The notes under the pieces: model-generated
The model's database searches: none
Told to the model about the DNA's origin: nothing
The model's input: only the letters and a program-made list of their open reading frames with translations
Part shown: positions 7,749 to 17,847 of the stretch, piece after piece
How the letters are laid out: every line of letters starts with the position of its first letter
Numbering within the stretch: the first letter of the stretch is position 1
Program-made: the position numbers and the translations under genes
Assembly (NCBI GenBank): GCA_040235515.1
Contig: JBECKX010000179.1
Location: forward strand, 23,148-87,147
Reading direction: 5' to 3'
From: Candidatus Zixiibacteriota bacterium
Lineage (GTDB): Bacteria > Zixibacteria > MSB-5A5 > CAIYYT01
Length of the DNA: 64,000 nucleotides

Positions 7749-10217
7749 GTGAATCGATTTGAAGATGCCGAGGGCGGCGAAACATTAGAGGGCACCACCA
7801 TCGCTGGAGTGGAAGCGTCGCCCGAGTTGAGTTGCGCCCACTGCGGTGATCCCTGCAGAGAGAGTGACCCAAAGCTTGGGGAGAAGTACTTCTGCTGCCA
7901 CGGCTGCCTTACTGTTTATCGAATGCTGACAGAACACAAACTGGGCAACTATTACCAGTTGAATGCTCAGCCGGGGCTGTCACTCAGGCAACATTCGGGG
8001 TCGGAGAAGTTTGAGTTCCTGGATGATCCTGAAACGGCGCGTCGTTTGCTCGATTTCAGTGATGGAAAGCTGGCACGGGTTCAGCTGTATGTTCCGCAGG
8101 TTTACTGTTCCTCCTGTATCTGGCTCCTGGAAAATCTCTATCGCTTACAACCTGCTGTGCTGGAGTCGAAGGTTGATTTCGTAAAGAAGGAGATCGCCAT
8201 CTCCTTCCGTGAAGATAAGCTTACGCTGCGCGAGCTGGTGGAGTTACTGGCGTCGCTCGGCTACACCCCCAGCCTTACGCTCGATACGACAGAGAAGAAA
8301 CCGGATCGGAGAATCGGGCGGCGATTGTTGCTTCAGACCGGGCTGGCCGGGTTTGCCTTTGCCAACATCATGCTGCTCAGTTTCCCCGACTATCTCGACA
8401 CCGTTGGCGCCATCGGCTCGGAATTCACGCGCTTTTTCGGTGTGGTTAGCCTGGTACTGGCCACGCCTGTCTTCCTGTACAGTGCTGCGGACTTTTTCAA
8501 GACCGCCTGGGGCAGCCTGCGACGCCGCCAGATGCACCTGGATGTTCCAATTTCGCTCGGCATTATTGCCCTGTTTGCTCGCAGTATCTATGACATAGTC
8601 ACGGCGACCGGTACGGGGTTCCTGGACTCGATGTCGGGGCTGGTGTTTTTCCTGCTGATCGGTCGCATAATCCAGACCAGAACTTACAGGGCGCTCTCAT
8701 TCGACCGCGACTACAAGTCCTACTTCCCGCTCTACGTGACTCGCGTCAGCGGTGACACCACCCAACAGGTCGCCGCCACCAATGTCACTGTCGGTGACAG
8801 GATTGCGGTGAGAAACGGTGAGCTGGTTGTTGCTGATGCGATACTGATCAGCAGCGAGGCGAGCATCGACTACAGCTTTGTGAGTGGTGAAGCTGAGCCG
8901 GTGAGGCGCAAATCGGGGGATTTGGTCTATGCCGGCGGCCGGGTCAGCGGTGATCGGGTCGAGCTGGAAGTGGTAAAGGATGTCTCCCAGAGTTACCTCG
9001 TCAGCCTCTGGAATTCGCAGCAATTCAAGCGGGAGCGGGAGAGTAAAGCCTCTCAGCTGGCCGAGAGTGTCGCACGTTATTTTACCGCCGGAGTGTTGCT
9101 GCTTGCGGCGATTACCTTTGCCGCCTGGTTTCCGCAGGGATTGAACAGCGCGTTGCTCACGGCGACTGCGGTGTTGATCGTGGCTTGTCCCTGTGCGCTG
9201 GCCTTGACGATTCCGTTCACTTATGGTACGGCGATGCAGGTGATGGGAGCACGGGAGCTGTATCTGCGCAACCAGGGCGTGGTTGAGGGGTTGGCGAAGG
9301 CTGACACGATCGTTTTCGATAAGACCGGTACGCTGACGGTCGGCGGCAGTGGTGGAGTGGAGTTCGAGGGTGAGGCTTTAACTGCGCGCGAACGCCACCT
9401 GATCAAGTCGCTGGCGCTGCAATCGATCCACCCGATGAGTCGTCAAATCGTCGAGATGCTTGATCACGCTACGGCTTCGATTCCCCAGGGAGTAACTGAA
9501 AACCCCGGTCGAGGAATCTTAGGGCGGGTAGCGAATGTTGAAGTAAAAATCGGTTCACGCGAGTGGATCGGGACCGAGCCGGGGAATGCTGCGGATGCAG
9601 CGCCTGAGTCTGGCGGCGAAGCCTGGGTCACATTTGACGGTGTGATACGTGGTCGATTCGTGATGCGGTCGCAGGTGCGACCCGATGTCGGGCAGAGTCT
9701 CTCGACCATGAGAAATACGCATTCGCTCTGGTTGCTCTCCGGTGATGGCGACCGCGAGAAGGCGCGTTTCACCGATTATTTTGAGGATGACAAACTGATC
9801 TTCAGGCAGTCACCACAACAGAAGCTCGATTTCATGGACAGGTTACGGAGCGGTGGCAAGCGACTGATCATGCTCGGTGACGGGCTCAATGACGCCGGTG
9901 CGCTGGCTGCCAGTGATGTGGGGATCGCGGTCTCCGACCGGGTGGCATCCTTCACTCCGGCCAGCGACGCGATCCTGGCGGGGGAGTCTTTGTGGCGGAT
10001 GCCGGCCTTTATTGGCCTGAGCAAACGCGCGATCAAGATAGTGGTCGCCGGATTCATAATATCATTTGTCTATAATTTCGTGGGATTATACTTTGCCGTA
10101 ACGGGTCAACTTTCACCACTTTTGGCGGCGATTCTGATGCCGCTCTCCTCGGTGACGGTTGTCGGATTTGCGGTAGCCGCCACCAGATTGGCGGCGAAAC
10201 GGGAAGGTTTGATATAA
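7749..10217 (+). CDS. ccoI: Cu-translocating P1B-type ATPase for cbb3 assembly
   Basis: N-terminal CAHCGDPC...FCCHGC, CSSC HMA domain, CPC, DKTGT, GDGLND motifs; leads the cco cluster. Confidence 0.92.
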   Translation: MNRFEDAEGGETLEGTTIAGVEASPELSCAHCGDPCRESDPKLGEKYFCCHGCLTVYRMLTEHKLGNYYQLNAQPGLSLRQHSGSEKFEFLDDPETARRLLDFSDGKLARVQLYVPQVYCSSCIWLLENLYRLQPAVLESKVDFVKKEIAISFREDKLTLRELVELLASLGYTPSLTLDTTEKKPDRRIGRRLLLQTGLAGFAFANIMLLSFPDYLDTVGAIGSEFTRFFGVVSLVLATPVFLYSAADFFKTAWGSLRRRQMHLDVPISLGIIALFARSIYDIVTATGTGFLDSMSGLVFFLLIGRIIQTRTYRALSFDRDYKSYFPLYVTRVSGDTTQQVAATNVTVGDRIAVRNGELVVADAILISSEASIDYSFVSGEAEPVRRKSGDLVYAGGRVSGDRVELEVVKDVSQSYLVSLWNSQQFKRERESKASQLAESVARYFTAGVLLLAAITFAAWFPQGLNSALLTATAVLIVACPCALALTIPFTYGTAMQVMGARELYLRNQGVVEGLAKADTIVFDKTGTLTVGGSGGVEFEGEALTARERHLIKSLALQSIHPMSRQIVEMLDHATASIPQGVTENPGRGILGRVANVEVKIGSREWIGTEPGNAADAAPESGGEAWVTFDGVIRGRFVMRSQVRPDVGQSLSTMRNTHSLWLLSGDGDREKARFTDYFEDDKLIFRQSPQQKLDFMDRLRSGGKRLIMLGDGLNDAGALAASDVGIAVSDRVASFTPASDAILAGESLWRMPAFIGLSKRAIKIVVAGFIISFVYNFVGLYFAVTGQLSPLLAAILMPLSSVTVVGFAVAATRLAAKREGLI

Positions 10218-10219
10218 GC

Positions 10220-10426
10220 GTGTCCGCGATTTTTCTGCTCATCGGTGCAAGCCTGCTGGTGGCGGTGGGATTCCTGGCGTTGTTCGTGTGGGCGGTCAGG
10301 AGCGGCCAGTATGAGGATACGGTCACCCCGAGTATGAGAATGGTGGTTGACGATGACGGCGCGGTGCCTGGCGGGCAGCACGGCGCTTCGGTGCAAAGAA
10401 AAGATAGCAGTAACAACCTGGAGTGA
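10220..10426 (+). CDS. ccoS: cbb3-type oxidase maturation protein
   Basis: TM helix followed by WAVRSGQYEDTVTPSMRM. Confidence 0.9.
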   Translation: MSAIFLLIGASLLVAVGFLALFVWAVRSGQYEDTVTPSMRMVVDDDGAVPGGQHGASVQRKDSSNNLE

Positions 10427-10442
10427 TGGAGTGAGCTGACGC

Positions 10443-12575
10443 ATGGAAGTCGAACAATTTTCATACGACAATAAAATCGTCAGGTATTTCACCTACGCGA
10501 CCGCCTTATGGGGCGCAGTAGGTATGTTGGTCGGGGTGATCGTCGCCCTGCAGATATTTATTCCGGAAGCGAATTTCGGTATCTCGTGGTTGACCTATGG
10601 CAGGCTCAGGCCGCTGCACACGAATGCTGTAATTTTCGCTTTCGTCGGCAACGGCATTTTCGCCGGCGTCTATTACTCGCTGCAACGACTCTGCAAAGCG
10701 AGGATGTGGTCTGACCTGCTGAGCAAGCTGCATTTCTGGGGCTGGCAGTTGATCATCGTCTCGGCGGCGATCACTTTGCCACTCGGGTATACCACCTCGA
10801 AGGAGTACGCGGAGCTGGAGTGGCCAATCGATATCCTGATCGCGCTCGTCTGGGTGATTTTCACGGTCAACATGTTCGGAACGATATTCAAGCGGCGCGA
10901 ACGTCATATGTACGTCGCGATCTGGTTTTACATCGCGACCGTCGTGACGGTGGCGATGCTGCATATCGTTAACTCAATCGAGTTCCCGCTATCGTTGATG
11001 AAGAGTTATCCGGTTTACGCCGGAGTACAGGATGCGCTGGTGCAGTGGTGGTACGGCCACAACGCCGTGGCGTTCTTCCTGACCACACCGTACCTGGGGT
11101 TGATGTACTACTTCGTGCCGAAGGCGGCGAACCGTCCGATATTCTCCTACCGGCTCTCGATCATTCACTTCTGGGCGCTGATCTTCATCTACATCTGGGC
11201 AGGCCCTCACCATTTGCTTTACACCTCACTCCCTGACTGGGCTCAGTCGCTCGGCACGGTGTTCTCGATCATGCTGATTGCTCCGTCCTGGGGTGGCATG
11301 ATCAACGGATTGTTGACATTGCGTGGCGCCTGGGATCGAGTACGCACCGATCCGATTTTGAAGTTCTTCGTTGTAGCGATAACGGCTTACGGTATGGCAA
11401 CTTTCGAGGGGCCGATGCTTTCGATAAAGAGCGTCAATGCTATCTCGCACTACACCAGCTGGACCATTGCCCATGTGCATGTGGGAGCGCTCGGCTGGAA
11501 CGGATTGCTGACCTTTGGCATGCTGTACTGGATGGTGCCTCGTTTATTCAAGACGAAACTCTATTCGGTCAAACTGGCGAATTTGCACTTCTGGATATCG
11601 ACGCTGGGGATTGCCTTCTATGCCATCCCGATGTATTTCGCCGGTTGGATGGAAGGATTGCTCTGGAAGCAGTTCACGCCTGAGGGTTTCTTGCAATACC
11701 CCAACTTCCTTGAGATCGTTACCCAGATCATCCCGATGTATGCGATTCGTGCATTCGGCGGCGCGCTTTACCTCTCCGGCGTATTCGTGATGGCGTACAA
11801 TTTGATCAAGACGATGAAATCGGGTGTGGCGGAGGACAACGAAGCTGCCGAAGCCCCGGCGTTGCCGAAGAAGTATCATGAGAAGGAAGTTCATCCATAC
11901 CGTCACCGCTGGCTGGAGGCCAAGCCGGCACAGTTTATCGTGCTGACCTTTATCGCCGTGGCCATCGGCGGATTGATCGAATTCATACCGACATTCATGG
12001 TAAAATCGAATGTGCCGACGATTGCGTCGGTACGCCCTTACACGCCGCTTGAATTGGAGGGTCGCGACATTTATATCCGCGAGGGATGCAACAACTGCCA
12101 TTCGCAGATGATCAGACCATTTCGCTCCGAGACCGAGCGCTATGGTGAATACTCCAAGGTTGGTGAGTTCGTGTATGACCATCCGTTCCTCTGGGGTTCC
12201 AAGCGCACCGGACCTGATCTGCACCGTATCGGCGGCAAGTACCCCGATGCGTGGCATTATCAGCATATGGAGGATCCACGCTCGATGTCGCCGGGATCGG
12301 TAATGCCGCCTTACCCGTGGTTGCTGACCAGCAAGCTTGACACCTCGCATACTCGCGACAAGATATCATTGATGCGATCGCTCGGAGCGCCATACAGCGA
12401 TGGTTACGAGGAGCAGGCGATGGCCGACTTACAGGAACAGGCGGAGGGAATTTCCAAGGGGCTTGAGGAAGCGAAGATCATCACCGACTGGGATTCCGAG
12501 ATCGTGGCCCTGATTGCTTACCTGCAACGACTTGGAACCGATATCAAGGTAGAGGGGGCGCAGGCGGGATTATGA
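10443..12575 (+). CDS. ccoN: cbb3-type cytochrome c oxidase, fused subunits I and II (CcoN-CcoO)
   Basis: RLRPLHTNAVIF, QWWYGHNAV, GPHHL, AHVH, then the CcoO part with CNNCHSQMIRP and WGSKRTGPDL. Confidence 0.97.
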   Translation: MEVEQFSYDNKIVRYFTYATALWGAVGMLVGVIVALQIFIPEANFGISWLTYGRLRPLHTNAVIFAFVGNGIFAGVYYSLQRLCKARMWSDLLSKLHFWGWQLIIVSAAITLPLGYTTSKEYAELEWPIDILIALVWVIFTVNMFGTIFKRRERHMYVAIWFYIATVVTVAMLHIVNSIEFPLSLMKSYPVYAGVQDALVQWWYGHNAVAFFLTTPYLGLMYYFVPKAANRPIFSYRLSIIHFWALIFIYIWAGPHHLLYTSLPDWAQSLGTVFSIMLIAPSWGGMINGLLTLRGAWDRVRTDPILKFFVVAITAYGMATFEGPMLSIKSVNAISHYTSWTIAHVHVGALGWNGLLTFGMLYWMVPRLFKTKLYSVKLANLHFWISTLGIAFYAIPMYFAGWMEGLLWKQFTPEGFLQYPNFLEIVTQIIPMYAIRAFGGALYLSGVFVMAYNLIKTMKSGVAEDNEAAEAPALPKKYHEKEVHPYRHRWLEAKPAQFIVLTFIAVAIGGLIEFIPTFMVKSNVPTIASVRPYTPLELEGRDIYIREGCNNCHSQMIRPFRSETERYGEYSKVGEFVYDHPFLWGSKRTGPDLHRIGGKYPDAWHYQHMEDPRSMSPGSVMPPYPWLLTSKLDTSHTRDKISLMRSLGAPYSDGYEEQAMADLQEQAEGISKGLEEAKIITDWDSEIVALIAYLQRLGTDIKVEGAQAGL

Positions 12576-12769
12576 TACACGATATCTTCACATCGATTGA
12601 GGGAGTGGGGCTTTACCCCATCATCACACTGATTCTGTTCCTGGTGGTCTTTGTGGCGGTCGGTTTATGGGCGTTGTTTGCCAACCGCGAATACCTGGAC
12701 CACATGAAGCAACTACCACTAGAAGATTCCGACCTGAGCGTCGGAGTGGGAGAGCGGAAAGATGGCTGA
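12572..12769 (+). CDS. ccoQ: cbb3 oxidase small subunit
   Basis: Single TM helix, ...HMKQLPLED; position between ccoO and ccoP. Confidence 0.8.
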   Translation: MIHDIFTSIEGVGLYPIITLILFLVVFVAVGLWALFANREYLDHMKQLPLEDSDLSVGVGERKDG

Positions 12770-13430
12770 GTATAAGGACGAACTGCTTGACCACGAGTAT
12801 GACGGTATCCGTGAACTGGATAACGACCTGCCGCCCTGGTGGCTCTACATGTTCTATATCACGATCGCCTGGGGAGTACTCTATTTCGCTTACTACCACG
12901 TTTTCGATATTGGCTATTCCTCAACCGATCAGTACATGGCGGAACTGGATCCGAAGTACACGCGCGATCAGAATCCCAATTACTCGCCGCCGAAGTTGAT
13001 CCGGACGTATCATTCTCCCTGGTACAGTTCGCGCGGCGACGAGACACCTTACTCGATTGCGATGTCAGGCCCGCAGGCGGAATTCGTGGAAATGAACCGC
13101 GAGGATGAGCCTGAGGTAGATGCACTGACCGCTCCGGAAGCGCTTGCCGCCGGCGAACAGTTGTTCAAGAAGAACTGTGTGCAGTGTCACGGCGTCGCGG
13201 GTGAGGGCGGCATCGGGCCGAACCTCACAGATCAGTACTGGCTGCATGGCGCGGGGATCAACAATGTTCTTCGTACAATCAAATATGGTGTCCCCGCGAA
13301 GGGGATGATTGCCTGGCGCGGTTTTCTCTCACAGGAAGAGATCCACGAGGTCGCCAGCTACATCCTGACGTTGGAGGGCACCAATCCTCCGAACGCCAAG
13401 GCCCCTCAGGGTGAGTTAGTTACTGAATAG
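12762..13430 (+). CDS. ccoP: cbb3 oxidase subunit III (monoheme cytochrome c)
   Basis: HEYDGIRELDNDLPPWW; one CxxCH (CVQCH); GPNLTD; KGMIAW. Confidence 0.93.
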   Translation: MAEYKDELLDHEYDGIRELDNDLPPWWLYMFYITIAWGVLYFAYYHVFDIGYSSTDQYMAELDPKYTRDQNPNYSPPKLIRTYHSPWYSSRGDETPYSIAMSGPQAEFVEMNREDEPEVDALTAPEALAAGEQLFKKNCVQCHGVAGEGGIGPNLTDQYWLHGAGINNVLRTIKYGVPAKGMIAWRGFLSQEEIHEVASYILTLEGTNPPNAKAPQGELVTE

Positions 13431-13506
13431 TCATGCATAGTCGCGCCGCCCGGCTGGAGATCCCTGCCGGCGCGGCCGCTTCCCTTGCTATTGGAGTGAT
13501 GCTGCA

Positions 13507-14979
13507 ATGTCAGCTCCGCAGACCGACAAACCAGATTCTTACCGCGACCATATCTCGACAGTTGACGATTCCGGAAAGCGAGTAATCCTCTATCCGACGA
13601 AACCGAAGGGGCGTTATCATCGGGCGCGCCTGATCGTCAGCTGGTTTCTGCTGGCATTTATGTTCGGGGCGCCATTCATCAAGGTGAACGGTCACCCGCT
13701 GATGCTGCTGAACGTATTCGAACGCAAGTTCGTGATCTTCGGCACAGCTTTCTGGCCACAGGATTTTTACCTGTTTGTCTTTGCGGTGCTCTCGTTTGTG
13801 GTGTTTATCGTTCTCTTCACGGTGATCTTCGGCCGATTGTGGTGCGGTTGGGCGTGTCCCCAGACGATTTTCATGGAGATGGTTTTCCGCAAGATCGAGT
13901 ATTGGATCGAGGGCAACGCCGGCAAGCAGCGCAAGCTCGACCGCTCGCCCTGGACGGCCCAGAAGACTTTCAAGAAGCTCACCAAGCATGCAATCTTTCT
14001 CGCCATCTCGTTCCTCGTGGGCAACACGGTGGTTGCGTGGCTGGTTGGCGTCGAGAAGTTGCAGGAGTTGATCACCGACGGTCCCGGTGCACATCTCGGC
14101 GCGTTCATCGGCGTAGTCGTATTCAGTCTGATAACCTACGGCGTATTCGCACGCTTCCGCGAGCAGGTCTGCCTGATTGTGTGTCCCTACGGAAGACTTC
14201 AGTCGGTATTGCTTGACGACAGGTCGATTGTCGTGTCATACGACTTCAAACGTGGCGAGCCGCGAAAGCCGATGTCGCTGAAGAAGGATGAGACGCGCGA
14301 AGCGGGGGATTGCATCATGTGTAATTCGTGTGTCGATGTTTGCCCCACCGGCATCGATATTCGCAACGGAACGCAGCTTGAGTGCATCAACTGCACGGCC
14401 TGTATGGATGCCTGCGACACCGTAATGGACAAAATCGGATTTGAACGCGGGTTGGTTCGCTATGCCTCTCACAAACGAATCCTGGAGGGGCTGCGACTAA
14501 AGGTCACGCCGCGCATGATCGGCTATTCGGCGGTGCTGGTAGCGCTCTTGACGCTGCTGGTGTTCTTATTGCTGGGACGAAGTGATTTCGAGACTACGAT
14601 CTTCCGTACCCCCGGAGTGATGTTCGAGGAACTGGAGAATGGAAACATCCGTAATCTCTATTCGATCAAGGTGATCAATAAGACGTTTGATCCTTACGAC
14701 GTGGAACTGAAGCTCAAGGATATCGAGGGTTCGATCAGTATGGTTGGCGGCGATATCACGCTGCCGCGACAGGGGCTTGCCGAAACAGCGTTCTTTGTGG
14801 ATATTCCACAACGGGTGCTGAAGTCATCGCGTCAAGATATCGTGATCGATGTGTTTGCCGGCGACAGGTTGGTGGAGACGGTCGAATCGACGTTCTTAGG
14901 CCCGCGCGTGAGCGTGCATCGGGATGACGTTGCTGATCCGGAAGAAAAAGAATCAGACAAGGCGAACGATGGAAACTGA
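13507..14979 (+). CDS. ccoG: Cytochrome c oxidase accessory protein (4Fe-4S cupric reductase)
   Basis: GRLWCGWACPQT, CPYGRLQ, CIMCNSCVDVCPTGIDIR, ECINCTACMDAC. Confidence 0.95.
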   Translation: MSAPQTDKPDSYRDHISTVDDSGKRVILYPTKPKGRYHRARLIVSWFLLAFMFGAPFIKVNGHPLMLLNVFERKFVIFGTAFWPQDFYLFVFAVLSFVVFIVLFTVIFGRLWCGWACPQTIFMEMVFRKIEYWIEGNAGKQRKLDRSPWTAQKTFKKLTKHAIFLAISFLVGNTVVAWLVGVEKLQELITDGPGAHLGAFIGVVVFSLITYGVFARFREQVCLIVCPYGRLQSVLLDDRSIVVSYDFKRGEPRKPMSLKKDETREAGDCIMCNSCVDVCPTGIDIRNGTQLECINCTACMDACDTVMDKIGFERGLVRYASHKRILEGLRLKVTPRMIGYSAVLVALLTLLVFLLLGRSDFETTIFRTPGVMFEELENGNIRNLYSIKVINKTFDPYDVELKLKDIEGSISMVGGDITLPRQGLAETAFFVDIPQRVLKSSRQDIVIDVFAGDRLVETVESTFLGPRVSVHRDDVADPEEKESDKANDGN

Positions 14980-15460
14980 CAGGAAAACTGAGAGCAAGAC
15001 CGCAAAGCCGAAGGACCGGACGTGGGGAATCGGTATAGCCGTGTTCTACTCGTTGTTCGTGGTAGTGACCTTGGGCCTCGTCTTCTACGCCACGTTGCAG
15101 AAGTTCGATCTGGTGGCGGAGAACTACTACGAGGATGGGGTCAGGTATCAGGATCGCATCGACCAGAAGCGCCTGGCCGAGTCTGCAGAGTACAAGCTCG
15201 AGATCAAGTATGATCGGGCGAATCGCGCAGTGAATCTGCAATTCCCCGAGAATCTGGCGACAGACTCTATTTCGGGCAAGGTCGTGTTGTTCAGACCGTC
15301 AAACGCTTCACTCGATCGGCACTGGGAGTTGCAGGTGGATACGGATGGTTCACAGCGACTCGACCTCAAGGGCGCCAGCAAGGGAGTCTGGAAAGTGATG
15401 GTCTACTGGAAGGCCGGGAGCACCGACCTGTACAGTGAAAAGTCAATCTACGTCGAGTAA
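14969..15460 (+). CDS. ccoH: FixH/CcoH family protein
   Basis: WGIGI-TM helix, DLVAENYYEDGVRYQ, FRPSNASLD. Confidence 0.85.
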   Translation: METDRKTESKTAKPKDRTWGIGIAVFYSLFVVVTLGLVFYATLQKFDLVAENYYEDGVRYQDRIDQKRLAESAEYKLEIKYDRANRAVNLQFPENLATDSISGKVVLFRPSNASLDRHWELQVDTDGSQRLDLKGASKGVWKVMVYWKAGSTDLYSEKSIYVE

Positions 15461-15490
15461 TAGTTAGCTCGCGAGCACGAGAGAGAGCTT

Positions 15491-16225
15491 ATGGAACTGT
15501 GGACTGCATTTATCATCGGGCTGGTCGGTTCGCTCCACTGCGTTGGGATGTGTGGACCGATAGTCGCCGCGCTGCCGGTAGATACTCGCAGTCGCTGGTC
15601 AATGATTGCGGGACGGATGCTCTACAACCTGGGTCGTGTCGTGACTTATGCCCTTCTGGGTGTGCTCTTCGGGCTGGTCGGACGCGGGTTCTTCATGGGC
15701 GGTTACCAGCAGGTAGTCTCGATCGTGTTGGGGGCTGCGATCATAATCGCGGTGTTGTTGCCGGGCAGACTGACGCAGCAAGTTCTCAATACGCTGGGTC
15801 TGAACAGGGCGTATGGCATGCTCAGCCGCAGTTGGGGGAGGCTCTTCAAGAACAGCAGCAAACGCTCCCTTTTCGCGATCGGCATACTCAACGGATTCCT
15901 GCCGTGCGGGTTCGTTTATGTCGGACTGGCGGGCGCGGTGTCGACAGGCAGCATTATTGAGGGTGCGGCTTACATGGCACTGATCGGATTGGGGACAATC
16001 CCGATTTTGTTCGCGCTTGGTATCGCCGGAAACTTCGTTGGCGCGCGCGTAAAACGCAGTTTCGCCCGTGCGCTGCCGGTCTTTGCAATCGTGCTCGGTT
16101 TATTGTTCGTAGCGCGCGGTCTGAATCTCGGCATACCATACATCAGCCCGAAGATGAAGCACAACGTCGTGACAGAGCAAACCGAGACAAGCTGCTGTGA
16201 TCCGGCAAAGCACCAGACTCACTAG
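15491..16225 (+). CDS. DsbD_2 / TauE-SafE-like membrane protein of the cbb3 cluster
   Basis: GSLHCVGMCGP, YNLGR, GFLPCGFVY, GLGTIP motifs. Confidence 0.88.
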   Translation: MELWTAFIIGLVGSLHCVGMCGPIVAALPVDTRSRWSMIAGRMLYNLGRVVTYALLGVLFGLVGRGFFMGGYQQVVSIVLGAAIIIAVLLPGRLTQQVLNTLGLNRAYGMLSRSWGRLFKNSSKRSLFAIGILNGFLPCGFVYVGLAGAVSTGSIIEGAAYMALIGLGTIPILFALGIAGNFVGARVKRSFARALPVFAIVLGLLFVARGLNLGIPYISPKMKHNVVTEQTETSCCDPAKHQTH

Positions 16226-16354
16226 TCATTCCATACGTTCCACTCATTCCACTCGTTCCCCGTCTCACCCCTTCCTTTCCACCTGGATCAGGACGCTTCT
16301 ACTTGCTATCGAACGCTGCAATGTGTTAGATTTCAGCCAGGAGGGTATCCTGCC

Positions 16355-16888
16355 ATGAGTCAGAATTTGAGACACAAGCCAGACTATGAGCTGTTCCATG
16401 AGGAGCAGAGGTTCACGCAGTGGTGGATAAGACTGCTGGTGGTCGCGGTCACGCTGCTGGTGTGGTGGGCGTTCATACAGCAGATATTGTTAGGGAAGCC
16501 GGCCGGCACCAACCCCGGACCCGATTGGTTTCTCTGGATCATCATGGTCGTGCTGGGGGTAGGTTTTCCGCTTTTCATGTTCACGCTCAAATTGGAGACT
16601 CGCGTGTATCCAGGTCGTGTAGACCTACGATTCGCCTACCTGATCAGGAGAAGGATTTCGATGAAGTCGATCGTATCCTTCAGGGCAAGGGAGTATCGGC
16701 CGCTGATGGAGTTTGGCGGTTGGGGGGTACGCTGGGTACCGGGCAAAGGGGTGGCATTCAATACCGGTGGAAACAAGGGGGTCGAGGTCAATCTGGATGA
16801 TGGCAAGATGGTGATGATCGGCTCACAGGAGGAGATGAAACTTGAACAAGCTATCAGGCAGGCCAAAGACTCCGGGTTCGCTGAGTAA
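16355..16888 (+). CDS. Membrane protein (DUF6141-like / bacterial PH-like)
   Basis: FHEEQRFTQWW, two TM helices, YRPLMEFGGWGVR, IGSQ. Confidence 0.7.
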   Translation: MSQNLRHKPDYELFHEEQRFTQWWIRLLVVAVTLLVWWAFIQQILLGKPAGTNPGPDWFLWIIMVVLGVGFPLFMFTLKLETRVYPGRVDLRFAYLIRRRISMKSIVSFRAREYRPLMEFGGWGVRWVPGKGVAFNTGGNKGVEVNLDDGKMVMIGSQEEMKLEQAIRQAKDSGFAE

Positions 16889-17093
16889 CTAACCCTCGCT
16901 TTCAGACGTCTCTTTTCGCTGCAATTCTGTTATCTGAACTTCCACAGATGCACCATTTCTGTGCGCGGCTGCGCGCCAGGGATCAACGGGTTGGGCCTAA
17001 CATTTGAACCTGCAATAGCTTACCGATTTAGGCACGGGAGTTGATCTTGGATAGTCACAGAAATTGCATTCAACGACTACAGGAGGAAATGCA

Positions 17094-17732
17094 ATGCGAA
17101 AAGCAATCATCGCTTTCTTAGTTCTGGTCCTCGCGGGTCAGGCATTTGCAGTTAAGAAGACACCAAAAGATGAACCGAAGAGAACGAGGTCAACGACGCG
17201 GGTCTATGTGCAGAAGGAGCAGCATTCACTCGGCTGGTATATAACTCCAACCGTCAAGATTGCCGAGATTCGTGGGGTTACGAGAGGCTTGGCGGGACTT
17301 CGCGCCGGACTGATTCTGGATCGCTCACTTTATGTGGGTCTGGCGGGCTATGGAATGGCCGATCCTGACACCTGGAATTGGGACGACTGGGATGATTACT
17401 ACGGTTACGATGGTGACCACTGGGAACTTGGTTACGGTGGTCTTGAACTCGGGATACTGAGTGGGCGTGGCGGCGATACTCAGCTCGGGCTGGGTGTACT
17501 CGTCGGTGGTGGAGAGATCGATGAATACTTCGATTTCGACCGCTGGCACAGAAGCGACGGGTTCTTCATCGTCGAACCAAACGCTGACCTGCTCTTCCAC
17601 TTCAACAGGCATGTCGCGCTTAACCTGGGATTCGGCTATCGGTTTGTGGATGGAGTCGAGACGCCGAGGTTTACCGATGATGATCTCGACGGACCATCAT
17701 TCAATATCTCCCTTCAATTGGGCAGCTTTTAG
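17094..17732 (+). CDS. Small outer-membrane beta-barrel protein, hypothetical
   Basis: AGGAGG RBS, signal peptide (AFA), alternating beta strands, GFGYRF, terminal Phe. Confidence 0.7.
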   Translation: MRKAIIAFLVLVLAGQAFAVKKTPKDEPKRTRSTTRVYVQKEQHSLGWYITPTVKIAEIRGVTRGLAGLRAGLILDRSLYVGLAGYGMADPDTWNWDDWDDYYGYDGDHWELGYGGLELGILSGRGGDTQLGLGVLVGGGEIDEYFDFDRWHRSDGFFIVEPNADLLFHFNRHVALNLGFGYRFVDGVETPRFTDDDLDGPSFNISLQLGSF

Positions 17733-17802
17733 TTTGAATATACTCAGGGATTTCACCTGAGGAATCAGCTGCGGACCTAAACCTCCCCTGTGGTTTGTTA
17801 GG

Positions 17803-17841
17803 AACGGGCGATTGTGAGCGCAGTCGCCCGTTGTTTATTTT
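17803..17841 (+). terminator. Rho-independent terminator
   Basis: AACGGGCGATTG/CAGTCGCCCGTT stem followed by a T-rich tail, between convergent genes. Confidence 0.75.
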
Positions 17842-17847
17842 GCACGA

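Noticed and set aside
17029..17045. Sigma54-like site TAGGCACGGGAGTTGAT upstream of the beta-barrel gene
   Set aside because: The -12 element is GA rather than the near-invariant GC, which is too weak to call.
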